A stretch of DNA of 64,000 nt from the human T2T-CHM13v2.0 reference genome, Homo sapiens. Shown piece after piece: positions 15,895 through 37,010 of the stretch; position 1 is the first letter of the stretch; every line of letters begins with the position of its first letter. Under the pieces are notes generated by a model. The model ran no database searches. It saw only the letters and a list, made by a program, of their open reading frames with translations, and was not told the origin of the DNA. Made by a program: the position numbers and the translations under genes. The stretch lies in the NCBI RefSeq assembly GCF_009914755.1, contig NC_060930.1; one strand, 5' to 3'.

Positions 15895-17025
15895 TCATGC
15901 TAAGTGAAAGAAACCAGGATGAACGTTGTATGATTCTATTTATATGAAATGTCCAGAATAGGCAAATTCCTAGAGAAAGAAAGTACATTAGTGGTTGTCT
16001 AGGGTTGGGGGAATTGTGGGGAACAGGAAGTGATGCTAATGGGCATAGGGTTTCTTACTGGGTTGATGACAATACCATAAAATTGATGGTAGTGATGGTC
16101 ACACAACTCTATGAATATACTAAAAACCATTCCACTGTATACTTTAAATTGGTGAATTGTATGCTATGTGGATTATATTTCAATAAAGAAGATATTTAAA
16201 AATCACAAAATATAGATGATTAGAGAATATGGAATATGTCATTAATTATAGATTTTTTCTGCATTTTTAATACTTTCTTTGACTTCACTTGCTTTCTCAG
16301 ATGTTTCTTAGAAAACATCCAAAGCAAAGATTTACAACTCTGTACGGAAGCCACAGATTTTGTAAGAAAAGGCTAAAGAGAAAAAGATTACTGCAATGTA
16401 GTGTTTGCATTTATGATTTACTTTCTATTCACGTTTCAGACTTAGTTATTTACTTTGCACCTATTACCACATACTTGCTATTATCTCTCCATACACATGA
16501 AAGTTCTTCGGAATTTTTAGTAAAATGTCCTCAGTTTCTGAGTCAAACCTGTCTACTGAGAATCAAATATAGTTTTCACTAAAGTTGCTTCCTACGAATT
16601 GCCATGTGAGAAAAAGAAGAAAACAGACGGGCAGCAGATACACTATTTTCTCCTAGTTGATGGCAAAAATTAGATCTCTATCAAGATCAAAAAAGAGTTC
16701 TTTATTCCATGAACTAAGTTTCTTATCCTAAGGTGATTACCGGGGGAAATATTTAAAAGAAGCATCAGTGGAGGGAAGGGTAAATCGTGGGATAAAATAC
16801 ACTCATTGACTTTCTTCTCCAAGCCAAACTGCAGAGGAAATAACAGGCGCAGAGACTTCTAGCAGGGTTGTCTGGTGGGACATGCCCTGGGATATGGGGT
16901 CAGTCCATTCCTGTCCAGACCAGGGACTTCCTCTGACCTTGGCAACTCAGTTACCTCCTGTGAGCCTAAGCTTTCTTGTCTGCAAACTGAGAGATCTCTC
17001 AAGTCTTTCCTGGCTGTAACAGTTA

Positions 17026-17250
17026 CAGGGGCGTCCAATCTTTTGGCTTCCCTGGGCCACATTGGAAGTAGAATTGTCTTGGGCCACACATAAAATACAC
17101 TAACACTAATGATAGTGGATGAGATTTTTTTTTAATTGCAAGAACATCTCATAGTGTTTTAAGAAAGTTTACGTATTTGTTTTGGGCTGCATTCAAAGCC
17201 ATCCTGGGCTGTGTGTGTCCCACAGGCTGCAGGTTGGGCAAGTTTGGTCT
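17026..17250. mobile_element. MER30 (hAT-Charlie) DNA transposon
   Basis: caggggcgtccaatcttttggcttccctgggccacattgg matches the recalled MER30 terminus. Confidence 0.85.
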
Positions 17251-17699
17251 ATGATTTTATAATCTGATCTAGTATTCTCTGAGACATCAATGCTAGATGA
17301 GGATACAGGTAGATGAATGAATATTGTAGTTGAGTAAATATTACACCCGGTGTGTTGATTAATGAATAGATGTGATCATAGAAGAAGCAATATCAAGATT
17401 TTTCACCAGCCTCTGGAGTTATCACTGATTAGCAAAGCATTTTAATTAATAACTCAAACAGAAAAAGCATGTCTGTTAGTTTTGCAATCCGCAAAAAGAT
17501 GAACACAATAGACATGTTAATTCCCAAACTTAGTTTCAAAAAAACTATCTGCCAGGTTTCAAATGAACATAGGCTTGATTGGCCACACGAAAATTTAAAT
17601 ATTATGAATGTTGAATGGCCAACCATAAGTTCAACTTGAACTAAGTTTGATGTGGCTACTTTTTATTTTTTACTTTTCAAAAATTGTGGTACACACTGC

Positions 17700-17950
17700 A
17701 TCTTCTCACTCATAAGTGGGAGTTGAACAATGAGAACACATGGATGCAGGGAGGGGAACACCACACACTGGGGCCTGTTTGGGGGTCAGGGGCAAGGGGA
17801 GGGAGAGCATTAAGACAAATACCGAATGCATGCAGGGCTTAAAACCTAGATGACGGGTTGATAGGTGCAGCAAATCACCATGGCACATGTAAACCTATGT
17901 AACAAACTTGCACATTCTGCACATGTATCCCAGAATTTAAGTAAAAAAAA
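17700..17950 (+). mobile_element. Short L1PA 3'-end insertion inside an older minus-strand L1M
   Basis: ttctcactcataagtgggagttgaacaatgagaacac...A tail, TSD aaaaattgtggtaca on both sides. Confidence 0.9.
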
Positions 17951-17954
17951 AAAT

Positions 17955-18910
17955 TGTGGTACAATGTACATACAGTGAACAATTCAGAGTTTTGTCAATT
18001 TCATACAGCCATGCACTCCACACCCCTATCAAGATGTAGAATATTTCCAACCCCTGAAAAAAGATCCTTCATGCCCTTCCCAGTCAGTCCCCACCGAGGC
18101 AAACACTGATCTGATTTCTCCCCAGTACGTGTTTTTCCAATCCTAGAACTTCATCAGTCATAGAATATGTACTCTTTTGTGTCTGGTTTCTTACACTCAG
18201 GAAAATGGTTTTGAAGGTCATCCATTTTCTTGGTTTTATGAGTAGTTTCTCGCAGGTTGTATTCCCTGGGAAGAGACAGAGATGAACACGCAGGGCATTG
18301 ATAAAGGAGTTCTCTTAGAAGCCACGTCTTTTGAAAGGCAGGGAAAGAAGTCAGATTGAGCAGATTGGGGAATAGAGCTGTGAGGCAGCTCCAGCCCCAG
18401 CCTCAGTGCATCCCAGTGGGGGTACTGGCGTGAGATTGTCTGTCAGTTATCTCAAGGTGGGGTGTGGGGACCTTGATGCTTGCCCCGTGTTGATCAGGCA
18501 TTGGATGTGGGCTCCTTCTACAGGAAGGTGGTATCTCGGGCAAGCCTGCAGCTTTCAGGCAGGGAAGTTCTCCTTATAAAAAGCTGACAGCTGAGGGCTG
18601 TCTTCCAGCAGCACTCCTAGCAGCCAGGGGAAATAATCCCTTTATTTCTGAGGGGGGGTCCAGGCAGCACATCACAGTGTTTTATTGCTGAGTAGTATTC
18701 CATTAATGGACATACCACAATTTATTTACCCACTCTTCTGTTGAGGGACGTTTGGCCTGTCCAGTTTGGGGCTATTATGAACAAAGCTGCTATGAACATT
18801 CCTAAACTGGTCTTTTTATGGATATATGTTTTTATTTCTGCTGAATAAATGACAAGTAGAATTTCTGAGTCATAGGGTAGGTGTATGTTTAACATTACAG
18901 AAACTGCCAG
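17955..18910 (-). mobile_element. L1M 3' region interrupted by an ERVL-type LTR (~18250-18680)
   Basis: L1M motifs (gagtagtattccatt, ctattatgaacaaagctgctatgaacatt) flank a more GC-rich LTR-like block. Confidence 0.6.
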
Positions 18911-19134
18911 ACTAACCTGAGCTTCAACAACAAATGTGATTTTAAAATAAATTTGGGTACAAATATAGAAATACACCTTCAAAATAACAAGGGAAATTCA
19001 GGTGAAACTTAAATATGAACTTAAAACTTAACCTGAAGTTGACCTCCTTAATGATAAGGTTCTCCTGTGCAGTATTTGAAAACGAATTACAGCACTCAGT
19101 CTCTTTTTCCCAACAGATTTTTTTCAATAAAGTA

Positions 19135-20058
<924 letters not shown>

Positions 20059-20059
20059 C

Positions 20060-20410
20060 CTCTGCTGAGGGTGTCAGGGTCTCATGAAGCTGCAGTCAAG
20101 GTGTCAGTAGGGATGTCGTCTCATCCAAGGCTTGACTGAGGAAGGATACACCTGGAAGTGCATGTGGTCACTGGGCAGCACGCCATTCCTTGCAGAATGC
20201 CAGACTGAGGGCTCAGTTTCTTGCTGGCTGTGAGTGGGAGGTTGCCCTCTGTTCCTTGTCCTTTCCATGTGGCAGCTCACAACATGGCAGCTTGCTTCTT
20301 TAAAGCCAGGTGAAGAGCCAGTGTCCCCTAGCAAGACAGACGTGCCCTCTCAGGGGGAGGGGATCACACAAAGGTGGATTACCTGGGGTCTACCTTCACA
20401 TCTGTCCACC
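20060..20410 (-). mobile_element. MLT1E/F-like LTR fragment
   Basis: gctgcagtcaaggtgtc, ctcacaacatggcagcttgcttcttt motifs. Confidence 0.6.
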
Positions 20411-20884
20411 ATGCTCCCAATGGTAAGAAGCATTTATTGTAGTACCTCAGTTAGTCAAATATTTCCTTCCTCCAAAAGCAGAGGAAACTAGAACTCCCTT
20501 CCAGTTTGTTCATCCATACACAGTGATTTGTCAGGTAATGAATGTTCCTGATTAGCTTTAGCACTGGTGTATTTCAACCAAATCAATTTTTAAACAAAAG
20601 ACAAAGGCCAGTAACATTAAAAGAGAAGTTGAACAGAACTTTAACTGGGAACACTAAAAACTTAAATGTATGTATTTAGTAGGTACATATTAAATGTCAT
20701 TATGGTAATATTCAGATCTGGTGTTTTCTCAGTTACTGCATTAAAAAACTTAAGTGCTCATTTGTAAATGGTGTTCTATTGACAATACTGCTTACTACTG
20801 GTAGGCCTAGCAGTAAAGCTGCTCTCCATACTTTCAATAAATCCTCAATCTCCTTTTCCTATTTCTCCTGGTACCCACAGACCT

Positions 20885-21241
20885 TGTATTAGTCCATTTT
20901 CATGCTGCTGATAAAGACATACCCAAGACCGAGCAATTTACAAAAAAAAAAAAAAGGTTTATTGGACTTAGAGTTCTACATGGCTAAGGAGGCCTCACAA
21001 TCATGGCAGAAGGCAAGGAGGAGCAAGTCACATCTTACATGGATGGCAGCAGGCAAAGAGAGAGCTTGTGCAGGGAAACTCCCATTTTTAAAACCATCAG
21101 ATCCATGAGACATATTCACTATCACAAGAACAGCACAGGAAAGAGACTCCCCCATGATTCAATTGCCTCCCACCAGGTCCCTCCCACAACATACGGGAAT
21201 TGGAGATGAGATTTGGGTGGGGACACAGCCAAACCATATCA
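20885..21241 (-). mobile_element. THE1 (THE1B-like) solo LTR
   Basis: tgtattagtccattttcatgctgctgataaagacatacc...ggggacacagccaaaccatatca, with 5-bp TSD gacct/gacat. Confidence 0.92.
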
Positions 21242-22250
21242 GACATAAGCAGTGTATTGATACGGATCAGGTTCATTTATTCATTCATTCATGTATAAAA
21301 CAAATACCTACTGAGCACTTACCCGTGCACTGACTGTGCTGGTGTTTCAGTAGTAAATGAAACATGGCCTCCAAATAACATTCAGTCCAGACAGATGAGG
21401 AAACGCTGCACAATAAACTCCACTGAGGAATTTGCTATGGAAATACATAAATTAAGGGCCCAGAGAACTTGATATCCAAGTGGCATGCTCCTTAGAAAAC
21501 AAATTATAGGAGAAGTACAGGCCAGATATTGAGAGTTAATCAAGTAGAAAGAAAATAAAACCTCAAGGAAGGATGTGTCCCTTAGATGGTAATAGAATAC
21601 AGAGACAAACAGAGGCTTGAGAACTGAGGCTTTAGAAAAATCTAAATAGAAGATGGGAAGAAAAATAACCCACAAATTTTAAGTAGCTGCAGTGTTGGCA
21701 AGCTGTGAAGTAAAGTCTCACTCTTCAAATGGCAATATCAGTTTTCGGATACTAGCTATTTCTATACTGACATAAATAATGGAATACAAGTAAAATATTC
21801 ATAAAAAATTCATAGTAAAATTTGCATACAATGAAAAACTCTAGATGAAGTAAGATAATATTTAAGGTGGGAACAAAGTAAAAATTATCACCTAAAGTCA
21901 CAGACCCAGGTGAGAAATGCATATTAATGTTGACTGTTTTATTAATGCATGTAGTTAAATATAATAGTATTCAGTGTTGGTTTGTAGAAACAAATCACTG
22001 CATGTGTTACTGGTTCACAAGAAAACACTGTAACACATCTATAAAGAAGAAATTCAATAATCTAAAATGCAGTGGAATCTGGGGCTTCATGTGGGTTTTA
22101 GAATATTTAGAGCAAAACAAAATCTAGAGCACTTTATCCTATAAAGTAAATAAATAAATATATCAAAGTATAACAATAATTTTGCAAATAAAATAAAAAA
22201 GCTTTTAGGTAAAGATTGTTTCTTATCGTATATTTGGCCCTTTTCTAAAA

Positions 22251-22553
22251 TTTTCTTTCTTTTTTTTTTTTTTTCTTTGAGGCAGTCTCGCTCTGTCACC
22301 CAAGCTGGAATGTGGCACAATCTCGGCTCACTACAACCTCCTATTCCCAGGTTCAAAGGGAAGCTACTCAACCTCCCAAGTAGCTGGGACTACAGACATG
22401 CACCACCACACCTGGCTAATTTTTTGTATTTTTGGTAGAGAAGGGGTTTCACCAGGTTGACCAGGCTGATGTCGAACTCCTGGCCTCATGTGATTCGCTT
22501 GCCTTAGCCTCCAAAAGTGCTGGGATTACAAGCATGAGCCACTGCACCTGACC
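22251..22553 (-). mobile_element. Alu SINE (J/S)
   Basis: Poly-T, dimer, TSD ctaaaattttc. Confidence 0.9.
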
Positions 22554-23431
22554 TAAAATTTTCCCTTGTGCATTCTCAAAATTGCAAGTTCTCTACCTGG
22601 AAAATTTGGAGGAATGAAAACCCCTCAGCAAAAGACCCTCATTGCATTGGAGGGTGATGTGTGGATTTAAAATGGCAATATTCCAAGCACATTTTGTATA
22701 TGTACTTCTTAATTGTGTGATTACATGATTTCTCCCTGAATAAATCTTGTTTTGATGAAAGATTAAGTCAGAGCACCTGCAAGCTTCATTGCTCCTCCCC
22801 CTTTCTCAGCTCCCATCTTTATCACCTGTTTGGAGAATGTGTCAACATTCCCTAATTGAGAAGTAATTTGCAGTTACTGAAATCCATTTTATATTAAAAA
22901 GCCTCTTCAATATGCACAACTTACCCTAGAGAGCTGTTTTACTTGGAGGCATTTCTTAGATTTAAGTTCTAATAAAACTAAGTGTGTTTTAGGAAATAAC
23001 TTTATAGCTTTTTTTCCCCTATTTTAAAATACAAGGAACATAAAAGTAAAGAAGAGTTGAAGTTAAGCCTGTTAAATATAAGAAACTACTTATTTTGTTT
23101 GTTATTCCCTTAAGATGTCGTTTGGAGTTTTAAAGATATCATTGTACTACAAATAAAAAATATTACAGATATCTATTTACTCTTCAGAAAGTAAAAATAA
23201 GTAGTGGGTAGGAGTTCTTCATCTGTTTTTAGTTATAAAATGCTGAACTATTGAATAATGAAAGTGTTTTAAACAACACTAAAAATGCATCTGTATTTTT
23301 CCCTGAATGCAAAACAGTAATATTTAAATTCACCTTCCTACTAGGGATGTTTCAGTTCTTATGACTACCAGGCAGTTTTGTTTTTCATCTTGAATTGTGA
23401 ATTGTCTTCACCTATATTACAATTAGTTTTT

Positions 23432-23972
23432 TCTTTTTTTCTTTAATTTCGGCTTTTATTTTTGATACAGGGGGTATGTATGGAGGACTGTTATATGGGT
23501 GTATATTGCACCCAGACAGTGAGCAGAGTACCCAATAGGTAGTTTTTCAACCCACATTCTTCTCCTTTCCCCCTATAGTACACAGTGTCTATTGTTCTCA
23601 TGTTTATGTCCATGTGTGCTCAATGTTTAGCTCCCACTTATAAGTGAGAATATGTGATATTTGGTTTTCTGTTCCTGTATTAATTTGCTTAGGATATGAT
23701 CTCCAGCTGCATCCATGTTGCTGCAAAGGACATTATTTCATTCTTTTTTTATGGCTGTATAATATTCCCTGGTGTATTTGTACCACGTTTTCTCTAGCCA
23801 GGCCCCCACTAATGAGCACCTAGGTTGATTCCATGTCTCTGCTATTGTGAATAGCACAGTGATGAACGTACGAGTGCATGTGTCTTTTTGCTATAGTGAT
23901 CTATTTCCCTTTGAGTATATACCCAGTAATGATATTTTTGGGTCACATGGTAACTCTGTTTTAAGTTCTTCC
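23432..23972 (-). mobile_element. L1PB/old L1PA 3' end
   Basis: gctcccacttataagtgagaa, atatacccagtaat motifs. Confidence 0.85.
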
Positions 23973-25466
23973 AATTACATTTTTCATTCAAAGTTGCAGA
24001 GCACTCTCTCAACATGCTGAGTGAAGGCTTGCCCTCCCCGTGGATGAATGAAGTACTGAATATCCCAAAGCATTGAATCACTTCTCTTGATTTTAAGATT
24101 CTGTTTCATTGGTGCCCTTGTTTTTATCATTTTGTTTTTTACTCTGTTCTTTTTTCTTTTCTTTCCCTTTTTAGCTTTATCATTTAATATTGACCTAATT
24201 CATTTGTGTGATTATCTTTCCCTGAATAGATCTTTTCTTTGTTTTTTTAAATAAATGCGATTAAAGCTTTAAATATAGCTCTAATTACCACATTAGCTTA
24301 ATTCTACATGTTTTATAGTGCTTTCATTGTTGTTTAGTTCTAAATATTTTATGCTACAATTGGATTTTCTTGTGTTACTTAGGAGTATGTTTCTTTCAGT
24401 TTCTAAAAATGTGTGGGAGGGGTTTTTATTTCTGTTTTTAACTAGGTTTTCTTGTTGATTTTTAATTTAATTACATTATGGTCAGAGATCAGGGATTACT
24501 TAATATGAATTACTTAAAATTTATTGAGATTTCTGTTATGATCTAGTGTTAAATCAATGTACAGTTGCCATTTTCTTGAGTACAAGTCTCTACACGTTTG
24601 TGTATTACATCAAGCTTGTCAATGGGATTGTTTAAATTCATGACCTTAAAAATATTTTGTTTTCATGATCTATTAGTTTTTGATGGTATGTTAAAAATCT
24701 CTCCTTATTATTGTGGATCTGTCCGTTTATCATTGTAATTCTGTTAGTTTTTGCTTTAGATATATATATGGTTCTGATGTCAGGGATATATGAGATAATA
24801 ATTTGAACATCCTGTTAGATTATAATTTTTGTCATTACACTATATAATATGTCCCTCTATACTATTTGTTATTTTACCTTCAGTTTTAATTTATCTATTA
24901 TTAATATTGAGATTATAAATTTTCTTTTGGTAAGAATTTTCTTAGTAAATATTTTTCATACTTTTATTTTCAGCTTTTGCTGTTTGGGGTGTGTCTTCTA
25001 AAAATGACAGATAAAGAAAGAGATGTACTATGTTTCTGCTGCTCACAATTTTTTAGTCTTTGTCATTAGATAAGAAAGCTTATTCCTTTCATATTTATTG
25101 AGATTACTAATTTGGACTTACATTGCCATCTTAATTTGTGTCATCTTTTTAAGCATGCTCTTCTTCAATTTTCTTTCATTTTCTCATTATTTGGATTAGT
25201 GAAGCTTTCTTTAATCCCCTTCTTTTGTTTAGTGATTTGGAAGCTTATAGTTATATCTTTCTTACTATTTGAAACAGTTACTTTTTCTAACAAAGTTTAA
25301 AATTATTTAGTACATATATCTTTCCCCGATCAAAATCAGGACTTTAACATACATGTTAAAACTTCACTACTTCCTCATTTGCAGAGCCGATAGTTTATTA
25401 AATTCACCATCATGTCCTCACTTTCTGTGCTCACTGTTGTTTCATGCATACCACCCTTACCTCTAG

Positions 25467-25847
<381 letters not shown>

Positions 25848-26119
25848 TAATTACTTTTAGTGAATGATTGATTTAGTGAATGAGTGTTTACCTGGATATA
25901 GAATTCTAAGTTGACAGTTGCTTCTTCAAAACACTAAGAAAAAATAGTTTTTCATTGACTTGGATTTATTATGATTCCTTAAAGTGGGATTTGCCTTTTC
26001 TGTCTCCTGCTTTCTAAATTTTCTCTACATTTCTGCTGCTCAGTTTCACTAGGATGTGTTTAGGTATACATTGATTTGTTCTTTCCCTTGGCGACACATG
26101 GGATTGTTTTTATTCTGTA

Positions 26120-26560
26120 TTTGGAAGTCTAGCAGACATCTCAAAACTGAACTTCTAATTTTCTATTCCAAATCCACTCCACTCACTGTTGTGCTAGTTT
26201 TAAGTAATGGCAATTTGATCTTTTCAGTTGCTCAGAAAAAAATTTTGAAGTCTTCCTTCCATCATCTTTTGTCTCCCACACCCCACATTCAATCCATAGG
26301 GAATATTGGTTCTGTTTTCAAAATGAACCCAGAATCCAGATGCATTTCATTACACCCACTGCTACCAACCTGGTCTAAGCCACTATCATTTCTAGTCTGG
26401 ATTATTCCTGTAGTCTCTCCTGGTCTCTTTGCTTCTAATGTTGTCTCCTCTGTTCTCTACTCAGAAGCCACAGTGATTTTTAAAACAAAAGCCAGATCAT
26501 GTTATTACTTTGTTCGAAACTGTCATTGCAACCTTATCGCACTCATAGTAAAAGCTAAAG
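26120..26560 (+). mobile_element. L2 fragment (continues at 31928-32425 after the L1+Alu insertion)
   Basis: gacatctcaaaactgaacttc...actcatagtaaaagctaaagt resumes as caaagtcttt...aataaatatttgttgagt. Confidence 0.7.
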
Positions 26561-26564
26561 TATT

Positions 26565-31927
<5,363 letters not shown>

Positions 31928-32938
31928 CAAAGTCTTTATAGTTAACTGCAAGGTCCTATGTGGTTATAATCTCCTTCTCCTCATCTTTACCTCTCTTATT
32001 CTATGTACTCCAACCACACCATTTCCCCTGGATTCCTCAAACATATGCCATGCTCCTGTCTTTATATTAACTGGTCTTTCTTCTTGGAACACCTCTCCCC
32101 CAGATAGCCATATGGTTAACTCCATTACCTCCTTTGTGTTTTTGCTTAAACATTATCTTCTCAGTGAGGACAACTGTGAACACCACATGCCAGTCCAATC
32201 TCTCTTACTCTTCTGAATTTCATAGCACTTTTCATCTTCTAAATTGTTATAAAGTTTACTGATTTATTATGTTTACTGCTTATTTTCTGTCATTCCATTA
32301 GAAGGGAAGCTCTATGAGTGCAGGTGTTTTTGTATTTTGTATAATTCTGTCTCCTAAGTACCTAGAACAAAGACTGGTAAAAAGGAGATGCATAATAAAT
32401 ATTTGTTGAGTGGTGAACCAATCAATGAGTTATTATTAATATAGAACTAGCATATATGTAACACAATATAGACCCAAAGTCTTTTCATGGAGCAGGAATA
32501 CAGTGAAATACAGTTACATCCCAAATGCCCATTAACTGGTAAACAGATAAACAAACTTTTGTATAGCCATACAATGGAAGGCAACCTAGAACAAAAAGGA
32601 ACAAAATACAGATACACAGAGCAACATGGATGAATATCAAAAACATATGAAACAAGCCAGATTAAAAAAAAGCTGTACATAATATTATTCCATTTGTAAG
32701 AAATTTTAGATAAATCAAAAGTATGGACATGGAAAGCAGGTTGGCAGTTCCCTAATGCCAAGGGTGGTACAGGGATGTGAAACAGGAATTAACTGCAAAA
32801 GGACATGATGGAATACCTTAGGGTTCTCAAAGTTTTCTGACACTTGAGTGTGCTGTTGGTTGGACTACATGTTTATTAAAACTTATTGAACTGTTTGCTT
32901 TAAATGGATACATTTTAGGGTCCATAACTTATTCTTCA

Positions 32939-33253
<315 letters not shown>

Positions 33254-33381
33254 TCAGGAAGCACTTCACAATCTTAGGGCACCTTCAGAATGAATGAGCA
33301 CCTCTGTGTGGCAAAAATGTGGATTTAGTAATTTGCTAAAGTTCAGAGCCTTCTCTGTACTAACCTACTGGGCATCCCTAG

Positions 33382-33804
<423 letters not shown>

Positions 33805-36064
33805 TGACCTCCGCCACAGGAGAGTCCATACCTCACTTATCCTTATGCCCATGTGCTAGAGGTACCACGCCCATGGGAAGTCCTCAGTCAATTCTAGGTG
33901 AATGAGTAGATGATTATTTCAGAGGGGCATACAAAAGAAAATTTACAGTCACAGACAGACTCGATATTCTCTTGCTATGGAGTCAACATTCTATATTATT
34001 ACCAAAATTTTACATGTATTCCCAGATTTTTTTTTTGTCCATACTTGGAAGTTACCATTAAGGAGATAACATAAATGCTTATTTTTAATTTATCATCTAT
34101 GTATTCAGTACCCTCTATTTGCCAGGCAAATTTTGTTAGTTTCTAGGGATGGATGTGATGGTTAACAAAACAAAGATTTGGGCCTTACTGGAAGCAATTA
34201 TTTTGTGTAAATTGGGCAGTCATATAAAAGATGTCTTTAAGGACTGTTCTCTTTAGATTTTGGTCAACAAATTAAAGATTATTCATTTTATAGCAGTTTT
34301 TAGAGTTTTAATACTATGGATGAGTACTTTGTTTTGCTTATGAAATGAAGTAGAGCAAAATTACAGACGCTTTTCCTCCCAGGGTAGGGAGAATGTCTTT
34401 GGAAAAGGAAATTCCAGCACCACCCCTTGAGGTCTTTATTTTCCAGCATAAATCTTCCAACTGTGGGGCTCACTCACTAAGCAAGCACACGTGAGCCACA
34501 CCCCGCCTCTGCAGAGACTCACGCAGGGTGAGGCAGAGGCAAGGTATTTTGTTAATCCTTTTAGCTTGAGCAAGCAGAAGAAGGAAAACTCAGGAAATAA
34601 ATCACATGAAAATATGAGAACAATAGGAAAGAAAAGCCTGTCTTTCAGGTTTGTTTCCTGTTCTAATACTTGTGGAATGTGGTCTTCTACTGATGCTTAA
34701 TATAACTAGAATATGCAAAGTTGTAATTCTTTCCTTAACAAAAGTTTTCCTTTATCTGTTAGCATTATCCTGTTCAAACCAGCATCTCTCAGAATTGTTA
34801 AAATCTAAGATATAGTAGCCATTTAGTTGCAACTTTACCATAGAGTAACATTTTACAAAGTAAACATTAGTTACATATACAGAGTTTTCACTGAGTTTAT
34901 ATTATCTAGTAAAGCTCCCATTTGCTTTTTATATTTTTCTAAGTAAGCTGACTCTTACAAAATGTAGCCAAGTTTTGAAGACATACAAAGTTTTTAAAAA
35001 CCAGAAGATCTTCTAGTAAAAACTACCCAAATAGTTAAAACAACTTTTGCATATCGTTTTTAGTATACTATTAGGAAAACTGCTAAGTTTTCATTCATTT
35101 CCTTCCCATTAAGAAATAATTTTTCTATTGCTACAATTCCCATTAGCCAAGGAAATGTCACTAATTCACAGGGTGTCTATGGTCAAATCTAGAAATAAGG
35201 GTGTAAATTAATGTAATCTTCATCTGCTTGTATATGGCCACTATCAACCACTGTTGCCTCCCAGGTCACTGCTGTTCTGATCAACCATCTCATCTCTTGG
35301 GACTCTGCCTAACCCTTCCCTCCCATCATAATTCCTCCACCCCTAACATCTGGTGTCTCAAAATGAATCCTCACACAGCTGGCAGCATCTGGACAAGGCA
35401 GAGACCTCCAGGATTAGTATTCATGGCATTTGTGTTCTGAGGAAGGTTCCTTCTTCTTCCTGCTCCAGGCTAGATTTGGCTGCCTAGAAAAATCTGGCAG
35501 TAACCTAAGTTATAGGATTTGGTAGTGGTGACTGTAGTAATTGTAAACCATCTTCTCTAAAGGCACCAAGTTGTATGTCTGCCATTTGGACTTTGACCTA
35601 GAAAAGAACTTTCTCACAAATGGTCCAGATTGCCAATGTTTAGGCTTTTGTCCGCTTTAACTTTAACCTAATAGATATAGTGGCTTCCATCCAGGAGGAG
35701 TGCAAGTGTCACTTTGGGTACCCCAGGTGGGTGAGTCTAAGACTTCCCACATCAGACAAGCCAGTGAAGTCTGTGTTACAGGGTAGAATGCTTGAAAACC
35801 TGATAAGTACAACTTTGTGTCATAAAGGCACACTGGCTTTCAGAAGGGGAAATTCTATCTCACTAATTCACTTTCTTTAGTTTCTTTCTGGAAATAAATG
35901 AATAAATCACAGTAGTTCTTTCAGAGCTTGAAAAATATTTAGAGTGTTCCATGGAAAAAATCAGTAGATGCCATTAGTCTATATTTTTAGGAAGGCTAAA
36001 TAGAAGCTATTCCTCAAACTCAGCCATGGTATGATATGATGCGGCATTATTATAACAGAGAAAA

Positions 36065-36288
36065 GTAGCGGTGTGCTGAAGGCAGTTCACACAGGCTGGT
36101 GGGCCAAATTGTTACATTTCAAGGAATTTTGCAAGCTGTTTGATATCAGTTTTGCTAGCTGGTTGAAGGCCTGTAGAATAGGTTATTGTAGGAGTATTTA
36201 CATCACAGTAAACAAAGCAGTCTGAGGCCCCCTCCTGCCTCCTCACCCCCAGCCCAAACCAGTTAAGCATTTACCAAGATATCACTGG
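36065..36288. mobile_element. MER63-like (hAT-Blackjack) element
   Basis: gcggtgtgctg...ttcaaggaattttgcaagctg...catttaccaagatatcactg resembles MER63 termini and core. Confidence 0.6.
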
Positions 36289-36299
36289 ATAAGAGATTG

Positions 36300-37010
36300 G
36301 TTTAGAAATAGAGAACAAAGGGTGGGACCAATGGGATAAATGCTGAAGAATTATAAATAGATAGCTTCCTCAGAGTTAGGTATTGGGTCTAATCCTGTTT
36401 AGCATTTTAATAAATTCCCTAGAGAGAGGTAGTATACAGAGAAATGTCCATGCCTTTCAGATGACATTAAATGTTTCCAGAGTTAAACTATAAACCCATG
36501 GGATTAACACCCAGAACTCTTAGTAAAACTGTGTGAGTTCTAATAAGGCAAGAGTAAGGCAATTTGGGGGAAAATTATCTTAAAATTCTTTTGTTAGGTG
36601 ATAATATCTAACCTTTGCGTTACAACCTAGAAATGAAATTTAGAGATTTCTGTAGACGTTTTCTATGTTCATTAGTATAACTTGTTAGCTGTGATAAAAA
36701 GGCCACTTAAATGCCAAGTTCCATCAGAAGCTCTAGAAACCAAGAACAAGAACTGTCCCACTCTTAGAAAGAAAACTTAGTGCACACTTCCTGCAGTTTT
36801 GGTTGACATGCTTCAAGGATAATGTAATGGAACTGGAAGAGTTTCAGAGAAAATTGCATAACCTGGTTAGGGTATTATAGGAATCCCAGATGAGGCTGAA
36901 GATTATATTAACTAGCAAATCATGAAAGGTCTTGAATAAGGTAAATATAGCTGTATTAAGCAATTCCTGAAAAACTGGAACTATAGTGCACCTCCTTGAT
37001 CTTTGAAATA
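36300..37010 (+). mobile_element. Ancient CR1/L3 LINE RT fragment
   Basis: Degenerate equivalents of CR1 RT motifs in colinear order: cttcctcagagttaggtattgggtctaatcctgtttagcatt (PQGSVLGPxLF), cagatgacattaaa (ADDTK), tgcagttttgg...gaactggaagagtttcagaga (VQFW...ELERVQR). Confidence 0.65.

Noticed and set aside
20796-20815. Short palindromes (tactggtaggcctagcagta; also 57039-57070 and ~17628-17642)
   Set aside because: Lengths are within what chance and local slippage produce in 64 kb, with no supporting context.
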